A stretch of DNA of 62,662 bases, the filler included, from Rhabdomonas costata (Eukaryota): the NCBI GenBank assembly GCA_019059605.1. It is 40 parts of 40 records of this genome, joined end to end, with 100 filler letters (N's around TTAATTAATTAA, not from the genome) between each part and the next. Parts side by side here need not be neighbours in the genome. Positions count along the whole stretch, not along the records: positions 48,646 to 50,114 come from JAHMHO010015123.1; positions 50,215 to 51,684 come from JAHMHO010015124.1; positions 51,785 to 53,254 come from JAHMHO010015125.1; positions 53,355 to 54,823 come from JAHMHO010015126.1; positions 54,924 to 56,392 come from JAHMHO010015127.1; positions 56,493 to 57,961 come from JAHMHO010015128.1; positions 58,062 to 59,530 come from JAHMHO010015129.1; positions 59,631 to 61,093 come from JAHMHO010015130.1; 32 more parts are not named here. One strand, given 5' to 3'. Below the pieces are notes generated by a model, which was given only the letters and a program-made list of their open reading frames with translations, did no database searches and had not been told where the DNA came from. Positions 49,851-61,697 of this stretch are shown piece by piece; position 1 is the stretch's first letter, and every line of letters begins with the position of its first letter. A program made the translations under genes and the position numbers.

Positions 49851-52419
49851 CTCTGACATTGTCTGCGATCACGGCCAGGAACCCGGCTATGGAACTGACT
49901 CCCAAAAACAAATTCACTTCGTGGCGGTGGTCGAAGGAAAAGCTTCTTGGGTTAACTCCGAAGAAGTCGTTCACGAGGACGCCCCCACCCTGAAAATTGC
50001 TTTGGTGAATGCCATTCAGGGCCCGCAGACCCTAGGGTCCAGCGGCTATGCCCCTCTTAAAAACGCGGAGAATCGGTTGTATTTCTGATGGGTCGACTTC
50101 TATGTCGTCTGTGGNNNNNNNNNNNNNNNNNNNNNNNNNNNNNNNNNNNNNNNNNNNNTTAATTAATTAANNNNNNNNNNNNNNNNNNNNNNNNNNNNNN
50201 NNNNNNNNNNNNNNGTTGTGGGTGGGGGGGAGCGTACAAGATAAAATGAGAGGAATAACGCACCGGGCGTAAATCGTGCGCAAGTGGTCCACCCTTGAGC
50301 CCCGCACTCGGGACGCCAGCTGGGCCAGGGTTTGCCCGCAGCGTTGGAGCTGGGTTGTGGAGGACGCCGAGGTGGCGGGCAGAAGCACCGCCCACAGACC
50401 GTGGCTCTCGTCCGGGGACACCGTCAGCTGCCACGCCACGGCAACCGCAGCGGCGGAAATCCATGACGGCCTTTTATTGTTGTAGAACGACCCATAGAAC
50501 GACCCCCGTGTGGGTGAGAGCCCGAGCTTGAGGAGATGGTCTATCAGATTAAAAAGACCCCGGTTCACCTGTGTTAGCCTTACAGCCTGTTTTTATTCAG
50601 GGGTAGGGATAGTACTTTTGGGTTTTCCTTTGGTTGACAACTTGCAGGATAAATCAAACAGTACTGAAGGAATGGACGTGAAAGAATTCTGCTGACTATT
50701 CAGCAGTGTGGCTTTCTGTGTGCCTGTCTCCCGGTGACCTCCCTGGCGAGCAAGGACACAAGCATGGGTCTATTGGGTGTTATCTAACTTTACGGTGTAT
50801 TTCGACGAAGGACAACCCTAAACTATGGGGCCCACCGAGACACTAGTGTTGCACCTGGAAACCATGGCACATGCTTCGGTTTGACGCTTATCGCTACGTA
50901 GTATGGAAATGTAGCCCTGCGGACTGGCCTTCGTCGCTAAACAAATCCTGTTGGCTAAACGTTAGTAAGAAATGAGTTCCGACCACCAACAATGACCAAC
51001 CTGAAAGACAATGGAAACCAAAACACAGCAAGAAATCGGAAACTTTTTTGATTCTCACCGCGAAACGGCGTTGTTGCAAAGTGCTGATCTTCCAATTGAT
51101 ACACGCATCCGTGCAAGCAAAAAAAGAACGCCGACCTATGTGCTGCCAGAAAGGAGATCTTGAGAAGGGAGAGCTTGCACAAGTACACCGCGGTCTCTCT
51201 GGCACGGAGGCGGGATGCCTCGCCATGCAGGGTGTGCCCCGCGGCACGCTCCGCCAGCCTCAAATGGTGCTCCAGAAAGCAGCTCTGCAGGGGCACCGTG
51301 CACCGGAACGACACCTGACAGCACACAAACAGCAGAATAGGAAGCAATGTGTCGCTGCGCAAGTGCTGCAAAAAAATGTGTCTCGCCGCCTTCGACGTTG
51401 GGAGGGGGGGACTGAAACCATGGAATATGATCCTGCCAATGCGGGTGCGTCTCCCTCTCACACCCTTGAAGTTTACTGAGGAAACCCAGTGGACGGGAAA
51501 AGCAGGAAAGCAGTGGAAGACAAAAACAGAAGATGCGTGTGTTTCCCTCCAACCCGATGCAGACCCCTTGGTCATTCCATCCTCTTGAACGAGCTTTGGT
51601 TGGGTAGTGATCCTGGATGTTTGCCACTTTGCTTCTTTCCGAAGAAAAGCAGTTCAGTGGCATGAATGAGAGTAAATAGAAGGTNNNNNNNNNNNNNNNN
51701 NNNNNNNNNNNNNNNNNNNNNNNNNNNNTTAATTAATTAANNNNNNNNNNNNNNNNNNNNNNNNNNNNNNNNNNNNNNNNNNNNGTGGTGGGTGTGTTTG
51801 GGTGGTTTGGTTGGCAGACGCCGCGTGAGTTGTTTCTTCATTTGAACAGCGTCCACCTGTCCTGCGGACAATTTCCAGTGAAGCTTTCCTCCTACACTTC
51901 CGCAAGGAAATCTGCTCTACGTGTCGCGTTCTAAAGCCGGCCGACAAACCTTGCAGTTGCTGTTTGAACCGGGCCTGGAGTACTGCATGCTGGCACCGGA
52001 GTGGGCCGGAATGCTTCGGTTTTGACGCTAGAGGCCATTTCAGCGCTGTGACCACATCTCCAGTCTTTACCCACTTAACTCCGAACCCGCCAGCCTGGTT
52101 CCTGCTCTTCATGTGAAAACTCCTTCTCGCAGTTCGCCCTGGCCCTGTACCTGCGATCCTTGCGCTTCACCCCCGGGCCGTGGGCGAGAAGGACTCCTTC
52201 ACTCTGAAGCGCAGGCCCCACCAACGGCGGAGGCAGTTGGCAGTTCGAGCCGGCCTGGGCGTCCTCCGCGCATTCCCTTTACAACCCGCCTGATACAGAC
52301 CGTGGTTGGTTGGTTGGTTGGTTGGGTTTGTTGTTGTTGTTGTTTTGCACGCGGCTTGTGTCCGTGCGAGTCTTTTCACCGCGCACAATACACGAATCTT
52401 TGGGTGTTGGTATACACCC

Positions 52420-53168
52420 CAATCCAACATCGCTGCGCGACATACGGTATGGAGCACAGGGACACCACCTAGAAGCCCGGCAGGGCTTTCTTTTGTGCGC
52501 ATGCGAGTGGAGATGACGGACGACGCCATCCGCCTCTGCTCCGTCACTGCTTCCTAAAGGAGAAGGATGGAGATGGCGCCGCAACGTTTTTTTTTGCCGT
52601 GGACCTCCGTGCACACAAATTACACCAAGGCCATGATGTTCAAAGGCCTCTATGTGCGAGCATCCACGATCACCGACAGCATGCCCGCCTTCCGTGATGC
52701 AGTGATATACTACGCACAAGGGCTGCTGCTTCGAGGCTTCCAGGCCTCCGCACTTCGCTTTAGTTATATGGATGAGTACTGGAATTGCCGTCCCAGGGAG
52801 CGCGCTGACCTACATGAGTGGTTCGTGGACAGGAGCTCTTGATGACCTCTTTTCTGTTCAGCGACTGGAAGCCTCATGCCATCAGCTTCTCCCTGAGCAC
52901 ACGGCAGTGCTTGTTTGGCAATGTAACCAGTCCTCTTGTCTCGTGAGAGAAGCGGGAGGTTGGTACCAATATAAAAAATACCGCAGAGTTCCCGCTCCAA
53001 ATGTCCAGCAGCTTATTCGCTTTACAAAGAAGGCGCAGCTGTCAAGGCATCCCGTACTGAAAGTCCCTGAGAGTGAGATGGACATCACAGCTTCACTACC
53101 CCCACCGCCCACAGAGCCGGAGTTGGCGCCGGGAGTCTCCTTGCCCTACCACGCTCCCCCAGCAGTTC
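52420..53168 (+). mobile_element. Penelope-like retroelement (PLE) reverse transcriptase C-terminus, 5'-truncated and decayed
   Basis: LSFVRMRVEMTDDAIRL...*RRRMEMAPQRFFLPWTSVHTNYTKAMMFKGLYVRASTITDSMPAFRDAVIYYAQGLLLRGFQASAL matches the PLE thumb/C-terminal pattern L...S.H....K.....G...RA..I......F........L..RGY. Confidence 0.72.
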
Positions 53169-53229
53169 CCCTAACCCTAACCCTAACTCTAACCCTAACT
53201 CTAACCCTAACCCTAACCCTACCTAACCC
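53169..53229 (+). repeat. Telomeric repeat tract (CCCTAA)n with CTCTAA variants
   Basis: About 10 hexamer units, followed by about 25 nt of non-telomeric sequence. Confidence 0.95.
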
Positions 53230-54075
53230 ATATTATCTTCACCGCCCCAACAGANNNNNNNNNNNNNNNNNNNNNNNNNNNNNNNNNNNNNNNNNNNNTT
53301 AATTAATTAANNNNNNNNNNNNNNNNNNNNNNNNNNNNNNNNNNNNNNNNNNNNGCAGGGTCAGGTTGGGAAACCTCTCAGTTCTGCAAGTGGTGTTTTT
53401 TCTAACCCCCAAGCTCTGCACAGGTTCATAGAAACTTCGACAGGTGAAAGTCGGCGCCCATTCAGGTTTTCCTGCTGCGCCTCCAAAACGAACCCAACTG
53501 TATGTACATAATTTACTCTGATTAAGTTCCGGGTGGTTGCGCTTCTATCTGTGATCTGCATTTATGTTGTTTGTGCGAATAAAGTTGCAACCTCTGTTTG
53601 GGGCTGGCAGTTGGTGGGGATGGGAGTGACTGTTTTCGCCGCCTGCTCGGTTTTTGCACGCTCTGTCTTTTGTTGACAGCCACCCTCACGAAAGCAGCCG
53701 GACTGCCCTTGTGCAGCTGCTGCAAGCTGTCATAGGAAGGTTTCCCCCGGAAGCGCTGAGGCCACAGGTTCTTTGGATTCTATTGTTATAGCCTTTCTCT
53801 GTACAGTCCTGGTTTAATTTTGACTGGCTCTCCCCTTCCCCGCACACACATGCGGTATCCTTTCGCACTTGCCAAGGCGAGACACAGTCTTCCTTCTCAT
53901 TACCTTGCATTTTTCTTTTGCAGAATAGCGAGTCGGTGTTGTTGGTCCAAGCGAACTTTTATCGCGCTGCATGTATACCAATTCTGAGTGTCTCGGTGAT
54001 AATACTTTATGTTTTATCTGTCCATCTTCGTTACATGGCTGTCCTACCCCCCACCTCATTTTCAACTCCCCACAG

Positions 54076-54699
54076 TTCAGCCTGTTGTTCGTTCCCTTGG
54101 TGTCGATCCTGGGAGGGGACAGCAGCACGGCCTGCCGCAAGGCCGCCGCGGTCGCCCTGGTGGACCTCCTGAAGGTCGAGAACGTCGCCCCCCTGGCGCT
54201 GCCCTTCCTGGGCCAGTGGTCTGTCTTCTACTTTATATGTGCAAGAGTTCTTTCGTGTTGGTTGTGAACGACGACGAGGGAGGGACATATGCTGAGGGAG
54301 GGAGGGAGGGTTTTCTGTCCACCAACCCACACAAGCATCTGTCACACGAGCCACTAACCTTACACCTCCACGTTCCCGGACACAGTGGGCGCCCCTGTTT
54401 TCAAGCATTATCGGAGTATCGTTGCCCCTCCTTGATACCCTCCTTGCCGATCTAATGGGTAGTTGATCTTGCCTTCTGAGCGGGGGTGGTGTCCCCTTTT
54501 CCACGGACTCGTCCTCCTGGCACCACTTCCATCACTTTATCCACTTCTACTTATTTGGCAGGCGGAAGGCGAGCGACGATATCGCTGCCACGGCGGCCCA
54601 CACTCTGTCCCTGATGGTGGCTGCCCTGGGCAAGAAGTTCCTGCCGTCTGTCTCTGGGGAGTTCGTGCCGTGGCTGGCCGAGAACCTGGCAGGGCCCAG
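54076..54699 (+). CDS. HEAT/ARM-repeat protein, exons 54076-54218 and 54562-54699
   Basis: LVSILGGDSSTACRKAAAVALVDLL and DDIAATAAHTLSLMVAALGKKFLPSVSGEFVPWL. Phase-2 GT-AG intron. Confidence 0.7.
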
Positions 54700-55668
54700 G
54701 TCAGTTTCAGGAGAGAGCAGAGAGGGTTGTATCCATATCCTCGGAAAAGTGAGCACACCGCCCAGTACTCGTATTTCTGCCCAAGAGTCCACTGTATTGC
54801 ACTGCAAATAGAGTTGCACACAANNNNNNNNNNNNNNNNNNNNNNNNNNNNNNNNNNNNNNNNNNNNTTAATTAATTAANNNNNNNNNNNNNNNNNNNNN
54901 NNNNNNNNNNNNNNNNNNNNNNNTGGTTGTCCGCTCTTGCGTGAGGTTTTGGCTTTTTGTAGCGATTTTATGCTACTTGAGGACAGTGGTTGAGGGGGTT
55001 CCCGGTCTTTGCAGTGCATGAAAAAAATAGGATGACCTACCTGCCGCTCCGCAGCGTTTTTTTAAGAGGTGTATCTGTGCGTGGTGAGTGCCTGATGGGC
55101 TTTCTAGTGCTTGGGGAACCCGGGGGAACGTGGTACCTAGCCTTCGTAAGCTGCGATCTTGAGCACTTGACCGTGACGATTATACGAAATTATCTTGAAG
55201 GTATACCTAAGCGTTGCCATGTTTTCTAGTCGACTGAGCGATCGGAGCCGGGGTCACATAAAATGTTCAGTAAAGTTAATCCAACGGCATCGCAGTTTCG
55301 ATTTCGATCGAAGATGGGGTGTCGAGTAGACTCTCCTGAATCCTTACTTCTTGGCACATGAGAGGCTTGGCACTGGTAACTTCAACGGTAGTGCTGAATG
55401 TGAACGAAGGCTCGGATTGGGATCATTATCAGCACCCCAAAGGAAGGCAAGCTCTTGCGGGTGCTAGTTGTTGGAGCGGTTGGCAGTTCCGCCTAATAGA
55501 CGCCGTAAGGTTCTGTGAAGGGGGTTGAGACCTTCGTCAACACCTCCTCCTCCGCAAGATCGTTTCGTGGGGGACCTGTGCGATAACATGCATTCCCAAG
55601 AGACACACACACACAATCAGGCTGCAGGTTGCGCGCTATGCGCCCAACGCACAAACATGCACACACAG

Positions 55669-55991
55669 CTCACGGGGATCATCGGCTTGGCCGAGCTGCT
55701 TACCCTGACCCCGCTAAGCCCCACCCAGCGCCAGTTCACAGGCTCCATTGGGCAGTGCGGGAAGGCCCTCCTGGGGGTCGTCAATGATATCCTGACCTTT
55801 GCCAAGCTGGAGGCGGCGCGGCTCACTTTGGAGTGCCGTCCGTTTGACCTCCGGCAGTGTGTAGAGGGCGCGGTGGCGGTGTTGCGGGGGGACCTCAGCA
55901 CGAAGCCCGTGGAGTACATCGTGGAGATCCCGGACAGCTTGCCGTGCACGGTAGTGGGGGACGAGACCCGTCTGGGCCAAGTGTTGATCAA
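55669..55991 (+). CDS. Hybrid-type sensor histidine kinase exon (HisKA to N-box)
   Basis: LTGIIGLAELL...LSPTQRQFTGSIGQCGKALLGVVNDILTFAKLEA..L.LE..PFDL...VVGDETRLGQVLI(N), AG/GT-bounded. Confidence 0.93.
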
Positions 55992-58664
55992 GTGTGCGGT
56001 CGGTGAGAGCGAACAGAAGGGTGGTTTTTTATTTTCTCGTTCCGCAGAGGTGGCTTGGGGAAGGGACGAGGTTCAGAGGACGAGATCAGTGAAAGCTAGC
56101 ACAGAAAAAAGAGCCAGGCTCCATCTGCAGCTTCGTCTCATATAAGTCCGAAATCAATGATTTGCCGCACACTCTGACAAGTAAATCAGCGTTGTAATAC
56201 TCAGGGTTTGCGTCTCTCGCAAGAGGCCGAGTCAGCAAGAGACCATTACTCTTAACAGCATCATGACCTGCGACAATATGCTAAGCCATCATCCTCCAGA
56301 GAGAGTGGCAAAGCCGAGTTGGCAAATCTCGTTTACCATAATATTGTCCTGTATACGTATGTCACCCACCCAACCCCACACACACCCAACACNNNNNNNN
56401 NNNNNNNNNNNNNNNNNNNNNNNNNNNNNNNNNNNNTTAATTAATTAANNNNNNNNNNNNNNNNNNNNNNNNNNNNNNNNNNNNNNNNNNNNGAGTCCTC
56501 TGAGGAGTCGCCGCCACCCCAGCTCCCCAGCCACGACGACAGCGCCGTCGAGGGCGACGCTGAGCAACCAAGCAATAAAACAGAGCCAGAAGAGAGCGTT
56601 GTGCGTGAGCGTTGTCAAAAGCAATCTTTCCGTTCGGCGTGAACTTTGCTTCACAACTCGCAACAACAAAACATCAAGACCGGTAAAATTGTTCACGGAC
56701 CAATCTGATCCGCATTTTTCCCAGCCTAAAGTTTTGCCCAAATCTTTGCGCCCGAAAAGAACCTGTCCCTGAAGAAGCATGTCGGAAAATTCCCACGAAA
56801 TGAAACACGCGTTGTTGTTTTTGCTCCAAGCGCCCCAAAAAAAACTTCTGGTCAAAACTAGCCCAAAACAAAATGACAACAACCCCAGTCTCCGCGTCCA
56901 CCACCTTTCACAGCCCACCAGGTGTCAGATTGTTGGGAGTTTTGGAGTCACAGAAAAACACAGACTACAGCGTGAGCGGATGTGAATGAAAACTTGCCTG
57001 AGGATGAAGCCACCGTTTGTGGGCGAGTTCGAACCCAGCCGGAGGGAAATGGGCTGTAATAATGGAGACTCGCCTCCCCACCTGCGGAGCTGACCAAGCG
57101 CAACCCCCGCACAGGACTGGGCTCGGTGCGACCAGTTAGGCGGTAGACCTCCGCCGCGGCGGTTCCAACAACCAGAACATGGTGGGAGTCTAGCCAGTAG
57201 AAAGCTGCAGCGACAAAGCGCAACGCCAGGCAGATTATATATACTCTCATATGGAAACAGATCCCGAAAAGCCACGGCCAGGCTTTCGTTTCTTCACACT
57301 CCCCTCACACCTACAATTGTGTTGACCTCCGCATCGGGCAAGAATAGGGACAACAAGGAGTAAGAGCCTGGCCGGGGGGTTGAAGGCACCGGCCTGGTGG
57401 CGAGAGGTGGAGCCACCGTGGGAGTGGACGCAGAGGGTCCTTGATTACTCACTGCTTGTTGGGTCTGCTCTTCATCCAAAGAGGATCGCCGGCTGGGCAC
57501 CTCGCTCAGGGGTGTTGTCGGGGAGGTCGTCCACGTGGGAGTGAGGGTGCCTCCGAGGCTGCTCATGGTGTAGAATGAGAGCGTGGTGTCCGAATGGAGC
57601 ACCCCGAGAATCTAATTACAAAGAGCAAAAGGTTCGAAAGCTTTTGCACCCTGAAAATTTGGTTGTGATATCACCGCACACACTCTGCGACGGCCATCCA
57701 AACGGGCAACCAATTTCCGTTTCTGCAGCGCACGGGCCCTTGAGTATTTAAACCCTTACATTTGGATTGTGGTTCTCCTCGCTCGCTAGGCTTGAACTCC
57801 GATTGACGTCCGATGGCTTTGACTTCACGAGGCGTAGCGATTCATGTGTATTCATGCCTAGAAGTGGAGAACCCTCACACCAACACCGCGCGAAAAACAC
57901 AGAAGCAAAACTTGTAACTTGGTTTCCGATCATCAATGCCCATATCCGTCTCCCCCAAACCNNNNNNNNNNNNNNNNNNNNNNNNNNNNNNNNNNNNNNN
58001 NNNNNTTAATTAATTAANNNNNNNNNNNNNNNNNNNNNNNNNNNNNNNNNNNNNNNNNNNNTGTGTTTGTTCCTTACCGAGAGGAAATCCCCCAGGGAGA
58101 CACATCCAGCTCCACTCATCGATCTTTTCTTTCTTTCTTTCTTTCTTTCTTTTGCTGCCGACCTCCCGACCTGTACCTGTAATTGTCAGGCCCCCGGAAA
58201 TGGAGCGGTGCGTGTGTGGGGGGAGGGGGCGGTGTCTTAAAAAGCGCCCACCATTTCAGGTGGTCGCCCACCCCCAGAACCAATTAGACTTGATGGGGAT
58301 AGGGGGACCCGATACCTCGCCTGTGCCCGTCACGCGGTTTCTAGCGTCACTGGAACTTGACCAGGGTTTCCGGGGGTGGGAATGACACCGGATTACGGGC
58401 ATGATGTGATAACGGTGATGCTAATACTGCTGTCTGCGTCTCCCCACAAGCAAATTGGAGGAGTGCTGCCTCTGGAGCTCGGCGTCAGCCAGCCACTGAT
58501 AAGAAAAGTGCATCGGCCCAGCCCAGTCTACTCCATTCCAACGCAATCCTAGGCATCGACGGAAACAGCCTCGTCTTTTCTTGCCCCCGAAAAAAAATCG
58601 GTGCCCTCTTTTGCGGGAACCAGCAATGGCGTCCGTGTGAATACGTGGGCGTGCATCGGCGCAC

Positions 58665-58723
58665 CAGTAGTACGTTCCCACGTGAGTCTCCGCCTTGGTG
58701 TCCGCAGTGAGAACCTTGGAGAC
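58665..58723 (-). CDS. Ser/Thr protein kinase activation-segment exon
   Basis: CAG|VSKVLTADTKAETHVGTYYW|GT fits between the DFG and APE motifs. Confidence 0.55.
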
Positions 58724-60240
58724 CTGGCAAAGGATGCCCCAAAGAGAGAATCCAGTACAACAACAACAAAAACTCTCGCTCTTTTCCATGTGGAACGCGA
58801 TCACTCATGTATGCATGCTATGCAGACTCGCCAAAACTGGAAATGCATCTCAGCAGCTCAGGGTACGTCGGCAGGGGATGACTCCCTTCTATTGGGCGTG
58901 CTGCTTTCAGAGCCTACTTGTTCTGACCACCCACCCACTCACCATTCACCTTCAGACAGCCACCGTTCAGCTCAGATTCCCAGCAAAGAAAAAACACGGC
59001 GCTTACTTACCTCTGATGACCCCCCCCCCTCCCACACACATTTTCCCCAAATTGGCTCGCTTCACATTAAAAGTGAGAGTTTTGGAGATCCAACCATAAA
59101 AACATGGGAAGCGTCAAGGCAACGAAGTGGAAAACACAAAAAGGAATCACCTCAGGTCGTTTTTTTCTTCATGTTTACACCCCTTTTCCGCGATGAAGTC
59201 CAAAATGCTCTCATTTAATGGAGAATTCTCAGCTTTAAAGTGAAACGGCGGCCACACATGCACACCCATAACTAAGCACACACCACTGGTTTGCGAAAAA
59301 TAATTTGGGCACGGGCGTGGAGACACACTGAGGTGGGTGTGAAGGGTACGGATGCTGTCAGGCACCGAAATCGGTTCAACCTACCTCACGGTCTACCGAA
59401 CTGGTCTCGCTTAGACGTAAAGGTGAAGGCACACACACACACACATTGTTCTAGTCCTTTCCGCGGGAACAGACCACGGAAAATCACAACAAAATCACAA
59501 TCACACACACAACCCAAACACACACAACACNNNNNNNNNNNNNNNNNNNNNNNNNNNNNNNNNNNNNNNNNNNNTTAATTAATTAANNNNNNNNNNNNNN
59601 NNNNNNNNNNNNNNNNNNNNNNNNNNNNNNGGGGTGTGTGGTTCATGCTATTCTAGATTTCGTTTAGATTGTGCCGCAGCACTTTCCAGGGAATCAAAGG
59701 AGCATCAAGAAGTTTTGTTACATTCTTCTTGTACAGCAAACTCCCAATTTCTCTCATTGTGTGGGTTTTTTGTGCCCTCCCTCACTCCCACACTCTGAGG
59801 TGTACGTCTCTGCGCGCTTTGGACCTGGACTTTCTGTACCTACGTTGTTTGATGGTGATGGTGAAGGCTTTGTTTTTGTGACCAGTGATGAGAGCAGATA
59901 TTATATCGGAAAAGCTTTGTATCGTTCGAATAGCGACGCAGGTAGACAACTGAAGAATTTAGACTTAGTACCTGGACTTTGCAGCTTCCCCTCTCTCTGC
60001 CTTGTGGCTGAGTTGTTTGTCAGTGTGAGTGCCAGTGGGTGTAAATAGCAGCAAGGGGGTTCCTGAGCCTTGTCACGCCCTGTGCGCGGGTTGAAATATT
60101 TGCGTGTCCGCGCACACTGCCAACTGCGGGGAGCGGGGGTAAGACACGCTGGACCATGAAAACATCCCCGCTGTCAACTCCGCGAAAAAATGCAAATGCA
60201 TCCGCACAGAGCAGTGCAAGTGTGTGGATACCGAATACAG

Positions 60241-60390
60241 AGCTCGAAGTCGTACGACCCACTATACGCCCTCCGGCTGTGCCTGGACACCAAAAACCTT
60301 CTGGCGTGCTCCCATGTCTACAAGCGGATGCGCATGTTCGAAGACGCCGTCTCGGCGGCGCTGCGCATCGGCATGCTGACGCTGGCAATC
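60241..60390 (+). CDS. VPS18: Vacuolar protein sorting 18 (Pep3) exon
   Basis: YDPLYALRLCLDTKNLLACSHVYKRMRMFEDAVSAAL matches Vps18 YD..YALRLC......ACVHIY..M.LYEEAV.LAL. Phase 0-0 exon. Confidence 0.8.
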
Positions 60391-60974
60391 GTATGGATTT
60401 TCTCACCACTTTCTCTCTCTTCACCAAACACTTCCCTAGCTCCCATTCTCTCCTTTTGCCCTCACATTTGTGGTTCCCTCTCTTTCGTTCGTTTTTTTGC
60501 TGTGCCTGTGGTTATTTGAATTTTCTCCGGTGTGAATTGTCCACCTGTGTCGTCGACTCTGAGTCCCTTTTTCGTCTCAACTTTGGGCAGTTCTCTGACT
60601 TCTAAACGCAGAAGACGGTATTTGCCCCTAGCCCCTTCTTTTGGGTCACTGCCAGAAGTTCTCCCGCAATAGGAAAACCGGGGGAGATAGCACTTTATTA
60701 ATCTTTTCCAATCCAAAGGAGGGCCCCAATATTGCGGCTACATTTGGAAGTTGGTTAAGCATCTTCGTGACGTCACACTCGATTTGATTTCCGCAGTGAC
60801 AATTTATTGTGAAGCGGGCAAGACCATATTCAGCGCCAGTATTTCGACAGTCGTTTTACCTCCATCGTGGAGCCCGTGCACACTGAGCAATGCCCAAGCT
60901 CACTCTGTTCGCTCCCCCATTGCTCCATTCGTATCCGCACTGGTTTTCCTTGCCTTTCTTCTTCCTGTTTTTGT

Positions 60975-61093
60975 TTGTGCTGACTCCCGCAACTGCAAGA
61001 ATTCCACGAGAACTCATCTGTGATGTCCTTTTGGAAAAAGAACATCACAGATGAGTTCTCGTGGAATTCTTGCAGTTGCGGGAGTCAGCACAA
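60975..61093. repeat. 52-bp perfect terminal inverted repeat, probable fold-back artefact
   Basis: 60975-61026 is the reverse complement of 61042-61093 at the contig end. Confidence 0.9.
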
Positions 61094-61571
61094 NNNNNNN
61101 NNNNNNNNNNNNNNNNNNNNNNNNNNNNNNNNNNNNNTTAATTAATTAANNNNNNNNNNNNNNNNNNNNNNNNNNNNNNNNNNNNNNNNNNNNGTGTGGG
61201 TGTGTTTGGTGTGTTTTGTTTAAAAAAATAGTAAGAATTAATTCCAAGGTTTCGTCGTGTGACCGGTTTTTAGGAGAATAGTGATCAGTCGGTTCTGGTG
61301 TGGGACCTCCTTTATTGAAGCAACCTTAAAATAAAATTTTGCATTTCCTTGGGAATGCCGCAGTTGGCACTGTGGTTGGCGTCTCTTTGCTCATATTCTA
61401 ACAGGGCTTGGATTCTTTCAACTCTCTTGTGGGGGATGGAAATGGGAGTGGAAACGGAATTGGGCAGGCCTTCTTTGCCCAGCCCGCCTGCAGTTACTTT
61501 CGGCTTTGTGATGCTTTTTTGAGTGAATGGGTTCTTTCAACCCAATCGCTTCTCAATCCTTTTCATAATAG

Positions 61572-61697
61572 GTCTTCCAGCAGCATGATGTGGACCGAGA
61601 CAACCAGCTATCGCTGGAAGAGTTTGCGATGATCATGGAGGACGTGTACGTCCACCCCACCAAGATGGCGCCCGAGCTGCGGCTGCTGTTCCAGTGA
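61572..61697 (+). CDS. EF-hand protein terminal exon
   Basis: TAG|VFQQHDVDRDNQLSLEEFAMIMED...LFQ*. Confidence 0.8.
   Translation, partial: VFQQHDVDRDNQLSLEEFAMIMEDVYVHPTKMAPELRLLFQ

Noticed and set aside
54990-55520. Structured ncRNA or group I intron
   Set aside because: There are a few tetraloop-like motifs, but I could not identify conserved core elements or consistent long-range pairing.
55669-55991. Bacterial contaminant histidine kinase
   Set aside because: Similarity starts and ends exactly at AG and GT splice sites, which indicates a eukaryotic exon.
59360-59380. Kinase DFG exon upstream of the activation-segment exon
   Set aside because: There is an in-frame stop two codons before DFG and no HRD or K-L context.
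60975-61093. Hairpin telomere or pre-miRNA
   Set aside because: A perfect stem running to the contig end from a short natural inverted seed is typical of a self-priming artefact.
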